A stretch of 64,000 bases of DNA, from positions 28,024-92,023 of the forward strand of contig CAYPBQ010000001.1 in assembly GCA_964409035.1 (NCBI GenBank). The letters run 5' to 3'. A program made the position numbers and the translations under genes. Below the pieces are notes generated by a model, which saw nothing but the letters and a program-made list of their open reading frames with translations, was not told where the DNA came from and searched no databases. This document shows positions 57,120 to 64,000 of this stretch, in pieces. Position 1 is the first letter of the stretch; every line of letters starts with the position of its first letter. This DNA is from an uncultured Candidatus Saccharibacteria bacterium (GTDB taxonomy: Bacteria > Patescibacteriota > Minisyncoccia > Phycocordibacterales > UBA12088).

Positions 57120-58454
57120 CTAGAAGGTTTTCTTCAATGACCCTTCTGCAAGCCCCATTGCACTACTTATATCTTTTCTTCCGCTTGATATGTCGTCAAT
57201 CATGGTGCTGAGTATTCTATCAGTGGTACGTGGGTCAGAATCAAGCCATGTAAAGGTATTAAGCGCGAGATTGTACGCAACCGCACCAAATGGATCAGTT
57301 GGCGGTGAGGCGAGCAATGTGCGGTGAAGTGGCGGCAACCCCGATGATGCAGACCAACTCTTGAGTGCAATCGCATCAGTAAGCCCACGAGCAGCAGCGT
57401 ATGCTCTTGTGGCATTTGGTGATGATTTTGGTATTGCAAAGCCCGTAATGGTGCCATAAGTAACACTGCGAGTTGCTCCACGTATGCGTGGCATAGGGCC
57501 GATATCAAAGTTAAGATTAGGATTTGCTTCGCGCAGTGCTTTGTACTCACTTGCAAATCCAAAATATACCCCAAGGTCACCCGCCAAAAATGCTTGCCTC
57601 GATTCAGGAAGCGCTCTATTCCACGTGTACACACTTCGGACTGGATCAGAAAATTCTGTATAAAAACGTACCGCAGCAGGACCTCCGCTAAGCGCTACAT
57701 CTCCCGCAGAAGAACTGGGCTGCGAAAGATTTACCTCAACAGAGCCATCGGGTAACCAACTAACCACTGGTATCTTTAGTTGAAGTAGTAGTGTTGATAG
57801 TACTGCCTTTGCATTGGTCACATTATCATACCCCCCCAGTGAGGTAGCAGCTTGGAGTACATTTTGATTATTATCAACAATCGTGAGCTTCTCTACCAAT
57901 CCCACAAACTCATCCCAATACTGTGGTGGGTTAGCTAGTCCGTTTGCAAAAAATAAATCCCTATTCCAGTACATAACAAGAGGATCAACAGAAAAAGGTA
58001 TTGCGAGTGTCCCCTCAGGGCGCAAGAATACTTCTGCCCCTTCTATGTACTCTGTTCTAAATGTTCGCTCTGGTAATGTCTCATAAGAGACAGGGCGAAT
58101 TTTATCTGCCTGTTTGAGGAGTGCTCCCTGGTCAATAAGAAATAGATCGGGTCCGCGCCCTGCCGCTATCGCATCTACCACTTCGGCATAATACACATCA
58201 CTTTCAATTTGCTTGTACGTTACACCCTTTAGATACTCTCTATCAGAGCTGAGGCTGCTGAGGTAATCCCCCATCTCAGCCTCAGAAAGTGTCCCCCATA
58301 TTGCAATATCACCGACCGCCTCTGTTTCCGCCCCTCTAAAAAGAGCAATTGCAGCAGTACCCGCAACGATAAGTATCCCAAAGATAATGAGAACGACGAT
58401 ACGAAATACTTTTGGTTGATCTTCAAACATATTACTTTTTGAACAATAATCCAA
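57120..58454 (-). CDS. ABC-transporter extracellular solute-binding protein (family-1-like) with an N-terminal membrane anchor
   Basis: N-terminal TM. Binding-protein-like motifs GPDLFLIDQG, MYWNRDLF, and a Trp-rich C-terminus. Confidence 0.55.
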   Translation of the reverse strand: MDYCSKSNMFEDQPKVFRIVVLIIFGILIVAGTAAIALFRGAETEAVGDIAIWGTLSEAEMGDYLSSLSSDREYLKGVTYKQIESDVYYAEVVDAIAAGRGPDLFLIDQGALLKQADKIRPVSYETLPERTFRTEYIEGAEVFLRPEGTLAIPFSVDPLVMYWNRDLFFANGLANPPQYWDEFVGLVEKLTIVDNNQNVLQAATSLGGYDNVTNAKAVLSTLLLQLKIPVVSWLPDGSVEVNLSQPSSSAGDVALSGGPAAVRFYTEFSDPVRSVYTWNRALPESRQAFLAGDLGVYFGFASEYKALREANPNLNFDIGPMPRIRGATRSVTYGTITGFAIPKSSPNATRAYAAARGLTDAIALKSWSASSGLPPLHRTLLASPPTDPFGAVAYNLALNTFTWLDSDPRTTDRILSTMIDDISSGRKDISSAMGLAEGSLKKTF

Positions 58455-58959
58455 AGTGATGCGCTCCAGGATCTATCTCTTCAAGCAGCGTGCATCCTAG
58501 GCCCTCAGCTATCTTTTTTATTTCTCCACCCTTCACAATATGCTCTGGCTGTGGACCAAGCCCCTTATATGACTCCTTCCAGTCTATAATAAGTAACTTG
58601 CCGCCATTTTTGAGAACACGAATACCTTCCTGCACCAACACCTGCTTATGCTCTATTTGAAATAGCGTATTTGAAATTATTACCGCATCTGCGCAATTAT
58701 CAGGAAGCCCCGATCCATGCTCATGCTCAAGATCACCAACCATCGTCTCAACATTAGCCAGTCTGCGCAGTCGTGCCTCTTTTGCTACATGACGCACTAA
58801 TTCATTTTGAATATCTACCGCGTACACTATCCCCGCCTCGCCCACTGCTCGCGCAGCTTCAAATACATAATGCCCAGAGCCAGCACCAAGGTCTACCACC
58901 CTCTGGCCGTACGCGAGTTTAAGTATGCCGATTGCCTCTTTTGGATTGAGAAACCGCAT
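58432..58959 (-). CDS. class I SAM-dependent methyltransferase
   Basis: Motif I VVDLGAGSGHY, an acidic residue in AVDIQ, and motif III-like KNGGKLLIIDW. Confidence 0.75.
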   Translation of the reverse strand: MRFLNPKEAIGILKLAYGQRVVDLGAGSGHYVFEAARAVGEAGIVYAVDIQNELVRHVAKEARLRRLANVETMVGDLEHEHGSGLPDNCADAVIISNTLFQIEHKQVLVQEGIRVLKNGGKLLIIDWKESYKGLGPQPEHIVKGGEIKKIAEGLGCTLLEEIDPGAHHFGLLFKK

Positions 58960-59023
58960 GTGTACAAGGAGTATAGCGCACTTTTATATATCGCGCGCAA
59001 TTTTATCAACAGAGTTGTAGATG

Positions 59024-61504
59024 TTACAGACAAATAAGCGAAGCAATAGCATCTCCTGGGCGCATCTTCATAATACGCACACCTTGTGTAGCACGTGACA
59101 GTGATGGAATCTCAGCAAGTCCAGTTCTGATAACCTGCCCCTTTTGTGACATTACCACTAGCTCACTTAACTCTTCATCAACTACACGCAGCGCCATTAT
59201 CTTTCCTGTCTTTGCAGTTACCGACGCAGCCTTTACACCTGATCCTCCACGTTTTTGTATTTTATATTCATCAATAGGTGTTTTTTTGCCGTACCCATTT
59301 TCAGACAACACCAAAAGCTCGGCTTTAACCGCATCCTTAGCTACTACTTCAGAGCCGATTATCTTGTCGCCTTTTTTGATGGTCATACCCTTTACGCCAG
59401 CTGCAGCTCGTCCCATTTCGCGTATATCATTTGCGCCAAATCGGATTGATTGACCATTTGATGTCACAAGCACGATAGAATCTTGCTTAGTTACAAACGC
59501 CGCACGCACAAGCTCATCACCTGCACCAAGCTTGATTGCGTTAAGCCCGCTTCGTCTAACTTCATAAAAATCTTTTGCGGGTGTGCGTTTAGCCACACCA
59601 TCTTTTGTTATCATAAAGAGTGATAGTGCTTCCGCTTGCTTTATCTCCTTTGGCATTGCCAAAATACTGGTGATGTTCTCCCCCTCACCAAGAGGAAGGA
59701 AATTAACAAGTGCCTTGCCCTTGGTTGAGCGTTTACCCTCAGGTATGTCATACATCTTTGTTTGGTATGCCTTACCTTTATTAGAGAAGAACAGCACATC
59801 ACTATGCGTTGACGCGGTAAGAAGTGTAGTGACAAAATCTTCCTCCTTTGTACCCATATCAATCACTCCCACGCCTCCACGCTTTTGCGCCTTATACTCT
59901 GCAGGATTGGTTCTCTTTATATAACCACCTTCAGTAAGCACCAATACATTTTCTTCATCTGCAACCAAATCCTCTGCAGACATTATTTTTACCCCTGACT
60001 TTACTATGCGAGTCTTTCGCTCATCACCATACTTCTCTCTATGAGCGCCAAGCTCGTGCTTTACCACAGCCAATATTTTAGCTGCGCTTGAAAGGATATC
60101 TTTGAGCTTCTTTATAAGAGCCTGTACTTCTTTGAGTTCATCCTCAATCTTCTTTCGCTCAAGTCCCGCAAGCTTTTGAAGACGCATTTCCAAAATGGCA
60201 TTTGCTTGTCGCTCAGAGAAACTAAACTTCTTCATGAGGTTTACCCGAGCATCATCAACATCCTTTGACTGTTTGATGAGTTTGATTATTTCATCAATGT
60301 GATCAAGCGCCTTTGAAAGACCAAGGAGAATGTGTTCTCGTTCTTCTGCAATACGCAAATCATATTCCGTGCGTCTTCGTACCACCTCTTTTCGGTGAGC
60401 AATAAACTCAACAAGCACCCCTTTAAGAGATAGCGTCTGAGGCACTCCATCAACAAGCGCCACCATGTTGAGGTGAAAGGTATCCTCTAGTTGTGTGTGT
60501 TTGTATATCGCGTTCAACACTTTTTGCGGTTGCGCGGTTGATTTAAGCTCGATAACAATACGCACATCTTTTGTTGATTCGTCTCTTAGGTCACGAATAC
60601 CTTCAATTTTTTTGTCTCGTACTAAGTCGGCAATCTTTTCAAGCAGGTCAGATTTATTTACTCGATACGGTATTGACGTGATGATAATTGCAAATTGCCC
60701 CTTCTTGTCTTCTATAATTTCTGCTTCACCCCTACAAACAATACCGCCACGTCCAGAGGCATATGCCTGCTTCATTTCCTTTTGGTTATAGGCAACAGCG
60801 CCAGTTGGAAAATCAGGTCCTTGTATATAAGTAAATATGTCATCTATGGTTGCATCAGGATTATCAATTAGATGTACTGTGGCATCGATAACCTCCTTCA
60901 TGTTGTGTGGAGGGATGTTGGTTGCCATACCTACGGCAATACCAAGCGTGCCGTTTAACAGTAGGTTTGGCACTGCTGCCGGAAATACTATTGGCTCCTT
61001 TCTGGTGCCGTCATAGTTTGGTCGCCACCCTACAGTGTCTTTTTCTAGGTCTTGTATAAGCTCTGAAGAAAGTCGAGATAATTTCGCCTCTGTATATCGC
61101 ATAGCAGCCGCAGGGTCACCGTCAAGTGATCCAAAGTTTCCTTGTCCTAGCACAAGTGGATACCGTGTTTTGAAATCTTGTCCAAGCTGTACCATCGCAT
61201 CATAAATGGCGCTATCTCCGTGCGGGTGGTACTTTCCCATCACATCTCCAACTACCGCTGCAGACTTTCTAAATTTAGCTCCCGCTGAAAGTCCCATTTG
61301 CTGCATAGTATACAAAATACGTCTATGCACTGGCTTTAGTCCGTCTCGCACGTCAGGGAGTGCTCTTGAGGTAATTACGCTCATTGCGTAGTTAAGGTAT
61401 GACTCCTTCATCTCATCAGCAATAGAACGAGCTACCACATTTACATGTGGAATTTTTTCTGAATTATCTTCTATTGGAGTGCTGTCGTTCTTTTTCTTGG
61501 GCAT
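59024..61504 (-). CDS. gyrA: DNA gyrase subunit A
   Basis: [27 protein letters not shown] with the active-site Tyr region, and a C-terminal beta-pinwheel with GyrA-box-like repeats. Confidence 0.9.
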   Translation of the reverse strand: MPKKKNDSTPIEDNSEKIPHVNVVARSIADEMKESYLNYAMSVITSRALPDVRDGLKPVHRRILYTMQQMGLSAGAKFRKSAAVVGDVMGKYHPHGDSAIYDAMVQLGQDFKTRYPLVLGQGNFGSLDGDPAAAMRYTEAKLSRLSSELIQDLEKDTVGWRPNYDGTRKEPIVFPAAVPNLLLNGTLGIAVGMATNIPPHNMKEVIDATVHLIDNPDATIDDIFTYIQGPDFPTGAVAYNQKEMKQAYASGRGGIVCRGEAEIIEDKKGQFAIIITSIPYRVNKSDLLEKIADLVRDKKIEGIRDLRDESTKDVRIVIELKSTAQPQKVLNAIYKHTQLEDTFHLNMVALVDGVPQTLSLKGVLVEFIAHRKEVVRRRTEYDLRIAEEREHILLGLSKALDHIDEIIKLIKQSKDVDDARVNLMKKFSFSERQANAILEMRLQKLAGLERKKIEDELKEVQALIKKLKDILSSAAKILAVVKHELGAHREKYGDERKTRIVKSGVKIMSAEDLVADEENVLVLTEGGYIKRTNPAEYKAQKRGGVGVIDMGTKEEDFVTTLLTASTHSDVLFFSNKGKAYQTKMYDIPEGKRSTKGKALVNFLPLGEGENITSILAMPKEIKQAEALSLFMITKDGVAKRTPAKDFYEVRRSGLNAIKLGAGDELVRAAFVTKQDSIVLVTSNGQSIRFGANDIREMGRAAAGVKGMTIKKGDKIIGSEVVAKDAVKAELLVLSENGYGKKTPIDEYKIQKRGGSGVKAASVTAKTGKIMALRVVDEELSELVVMSQKGQVIRTGLAEIPSLSRATQGVRIMKMRPGDAIASLICL

Positions 61505-61524
61505 ATGGTGACCTCAGTATATTT

Positions 61525-62106
61525 TTAGAAATCTGTTTTAGATGGTCGTACGTAACCACCAGTCTGAGTCTTGGTAGCTGACGGTGTGGTTGCCTTGGTG
61601 GTGTTACTGGATTTAGGCCCGTATGGATTTTGCACTGAAGCCTCGTACCCTACATCATCTGTAGCGGGTGTGGTAAGGGTACCATCCACCGTTGATTGCG
61701 TATAGCTATCAGTATATTCACCATACATTGATTCGTCACCGGTGGGATTTATTTCATTACCCCACGCATCGGTGGTGATAGCATCAGGGCGAGGAGGACC
61801 TTCCATAATGGCGCCTTTTGTCTCATCCACCAAATCTCCTGCCTTATCAAGCACCTCAATCATTGAAGTGGCGCCATTTGTAAATGCATTGATAGCTGAT
61901 GCCTCTTGTCCATTTGGTGAAATAGTGACAGAAAGACTAGGAGAATTAAACGCGACAGATGCCCACACAAGAGTGATAAGTGCGGTGATACCACCAGAAG
62001 TCATTAGTGCAATTTGCTTTCTTTCTGCAACTGGTCGCATTCGCAACTTATCAAGAAAATCGTACATATTATATATAGTATACGTTAGTATTATATTACT
62101 TAGCAC
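61525..62106 (-). CDS. hypothetical membrane-anchored protein with a Thr/Ser-rich C-terminus
   Basis: 193 aa with a single TM. Confidence 0.45.
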   Translation of the reverse strand: MLSNIILTYTIYNMYDFLDKLRMRPVAERKQIALMTSGGITALITLVWASVAFNSPSLSVTISPNGQEASAINAFTNGATSMIEVLDKAGDLVDETKGAIMEGPPRPDAITTDAWGNEINPTGDESMYGEYTDSYTQSTVDGTLTTPATDDVGYEASVQNPYGPKSSNTTKATTPSATKTQTGGYVRPSKTDF

Positions 62107-62738
62107 GATAAGACCACAACCTCTCCCGATTGAGTGTCGATGTCTTTCTTTTTTACAGTAAATTTCTCTTGCGGCTTTACACCCTCGACTCCTTCTTCTT
62201 TCAAGAATCGCTCAAGTGAGTCCTTTTCTCCAATACCCTGATAATGAATTGGAATAATTATCTTTGCATCAAGCGAGGTAGCGAGTTTGCTTGCCTCAGC
62301 AGGATCAAGCACTCCATCTCCACCAATAGGAATAAACAAAATATCTACATTATCAATTTCTTCCAAGATAGCAGGGGCAAGCTTGGCTTCAGACAATGCA
62401 CCTAAAAAGAGAAGGTCGATGCCCTCCATCTTCATAAAGTAGACACTGTTAATACGTGATGAGTCCTTTGTGTCATAGCTACTTTTTGTAGCAAATCCTT
62501 TTACAAAAATATCCTGTATTTCATATTCTCCAGGGCCAGTAATAGACACTGGCACTCTCTCGCCATGACCAACCTGATCTACACCATTCATATCAGGGTG
62601 ATTTATAGATATAAGGGCTATATCACTGCCAAATTTAGCTGAAGGAAGCCTAGAACTCTTAGACGGTGGATTATAGGCAATGGTAGTATCGCCATGAACA
62701 ATCTTTATACACTCACCGCCTAAGTGGGTAATAACCAT
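62100..62738 (-). CDS. MBL-fold metallo-hydrolase
   Basis: HGDTTIAYNP..., LISINHPDMNG, PIGGDGVLD. Resembles the YtkL/UlaG-like beta-lactamase superfamily. Confidence 0.6.
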   Translation of the reverse strand: MVITHLGGECIKIVHGDTTIAYNPPSKSSRLPSAKFGSDIALISINHPDMNGVDQVGHGERVPVSITGPGEYEIQDIFVKGFATKSSYDTKDSSRINSVYFMKMEGIDLLFLGALSEAKLAPAILEEIDNVDILFIPIGGDGVLDPAEASKLATSLDAKIIIPIHYQGIGEKDSLERFLKEEGVEGVKPQEKFTVKKKDIDTQSGEVVVLSC

Positions 62739-62840
62739 AGTAAGCAAAGTATAGCACACTCTTAATAATATTTAAGTAGCCAGGGTTTGTGGCTCTATTG
62801 CAAATAGGAGCGGCAAAGTAACCCTGCCGCTCCTATCTCC

Positions 62841-63116
62841 TCAGCCCATTAGAATTCCTACCCTCATTAATGTTTTTTCACGCATCGTTGCAGAAAATTC
62901 CTTTCTACAACAAGAAATGTAAATAACATAAATCAACCATATCGGCCAAAATAGCGAATATCTGAACATGACTTTCACTCTTTTGCTTGTCTGTTCTGCC
63001 TCGCTTGAATCGCCTCTCCATATATACATAAGCAATGCGCAAGTGTAATACAGCGCAAGAAGACAAAAAGGGACTAGATAGAGCCAGCAGAAAATGAAGA
63101 GAGTTGACGTCAACAT
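62841..63116 (-). CDS. small membrane protein, hypothetical
   Basis: 91 aa, two TM helices. An overlapping alternative ORF exists. Confidence 0.35.
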   Translation of the reverse strand: MLTSTLFIFCWLYLVPFCLLALYYTCALLMYIWRGDSSEAEQTSKRVKVMFRYSLFWPIWLIYVIYISCCRKEFSATMREKTLMRVGILMG

Positions 63117-63366
63117 TCAAATCTCCCACACAGTGAAGCGCTTATCTAGTTGTATATCACCCTGAGTCAATTTGCAATTACAAGCTCATATTAAGCCAAA
63201 TCTGAGCCAGTATTCCTGTTTGCCTTTGAGAAAATAGTACAAATAAGCTATTTACACATGGAAAATGTAGGTAAAAAATTGCTTTTTGCGATACAAGTTT
63301 ACTCACACATTAAAAGTCTCATGAGAATATAATGCAATTAAGCCGTGGTTTGGCGTGTGGTGTCTA

Positions 63367-63394
63367 TTGACATTATTTCAATTTATGCTATATT
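63367..63394 (+). promoter_or_regulatory. sigma70 promoter (TTGACA-16-TATATT)
   Basis: ttgaca at 63367-63372, tatatt at 63389-63394. Confidence 0.5.
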
Positions 63395-63399
63395 ACTCA

Positions 63400-63830
63400 T
63401 GTCGGATAGAAAAATTCTCCGACACGGACTAAAGAGGAATCCCTGACCTCCAAAAACAAATCAGGAACATCTCACACAACATTGCCCAGATGGGCAGGAG
63501 GTAGTTATGGGACCGTGATCTTTTAATGAGAGTCGAGAGGGGTTTTCTCTAATCGCCACATAGGCGGGGAGGGTAAGTCACCAAGGGCCCGAACAACGCA
63601 TGGCGTTGGGGTAGCTGTTGAGGAGAAATCTCCCATGAGGCGTCACACCCTCAGACTCCCAGAGGGAGTAACGGTGACCGGGCTGGTTCCAATAGACAAA
63701 AGAGCCGGCAGAAGCCGGCACCACTAAGGCACGAAGCGCCTTAGTGTCCGCTGAGGTTTTAAACCTCAAATCGAGGCTCGATCAAATTTGATTTTGATCG
63801 AGCCTCTCGCCATTTTATATGTTAAACGAC
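63400..63830 (+). ncRNA. ~420-nt highly structured non-coding transcript or leader (class unresolved). It contains multiple hairpins, a boxB/boxA-like pair, and two terminal hairpins.
   Basis: No ORF >60 aa. Hairpins: gtcgga..tccgac, gccca-gat-tgggc, gccggc-agaa-gccggc, gaggtt-ttaa-aacctc, and a 14-bp perfect hairpin at 63773-63806 followed by a T-run. Confidence 0.35.
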
Positions 63831-64000
63831 ACCTTTACAGGCAACTCTCTTTACATAAAGCCAAATTTAGGCTAGTATTCCTACGTTCTTTTATTAGTCT
63901 CAAAGAGAAAGGCTAACCCGCATGACGTGATACGGCTACGAGAAACGAAGTCATGCGAACCAATCTCTTTCAGAATACATGAGTAAACAAAAGCAAGAAG

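Noticed and set aside
63400-64000. Start of a 16S rRNA gene at the window end
   Set aside because: No AGAGTTTGATC-type 16S 5' sequence appears before coordinate 64000. Only leader-like structure is visible, so no rRNA feature is called.

Overview
This 64 kb window looks like a gene-dense chromosomal segment from a small-genome Patescibacteria/CPR-type bacterium (Saccharibacteria-like). That call is an inference from gene content; no search was run. Coding density is high, many genes overlap or abut, and most of the content is housekeeping. Read from the sequence and ORF translations: thioredoxin-CcdA fusion (partial), DedA-fused disulfide oxidoreductase, DEAD-box helicase, typA, ABC-F ATPase, dnaX, dus, a membrane-anchored Clp-like ATPase, ftsQ-like, serS, dprA, topA, rel/spoT, parB, miaA, rpmG, clpB, an HtrA-like protease, cysteine desulfurase, infB, rbfA, a spermidine-synthase-like membrane protein, a ThyA-like protein, tmk, gyrA. 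Nine tRNAs were read by hand: Gln, Leu-CAA, Trp, Tyr, Cys, Leu-TAA, Leu-TAG, Lys, plus tRNA-like fragments. The most unusual content is a dispersed pilin-like module. (1) Seven tandem TrbC/VirB2-like small two-helix pilin-like genes sit at 54.4-57.1 kb, two of which share a 172-bp identical DNA block. (2) Two adjacent ~505-aa paralogs sit at 37.8-40.8 kb. Each fuses a Cys-rich N-domain, the same pilin-like two-helix module and a coiled coil to a cell-wall hydrolase domain: an SLT lytic transglycosylase in one, an M15-like Zn-peptidase motif in the other. Further unusual features are a second Clp/Hsp100 paralog with a membrane anchor and a degenerate first ATPase domain, several promoter-plus-terminator-bounded structured RNAs of unknown class, a ~60-bp palindromic repeat family, and short direct repeats of tRNA 3' ends clustered around tRNA genes. 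No CRISPR array, rRNA gene, transposase or integrase gene was recognised. Domain and family assignments are motif-level recall only. Gene start coordinates are approximate because the ORF track appears to admit non-ATG starts.
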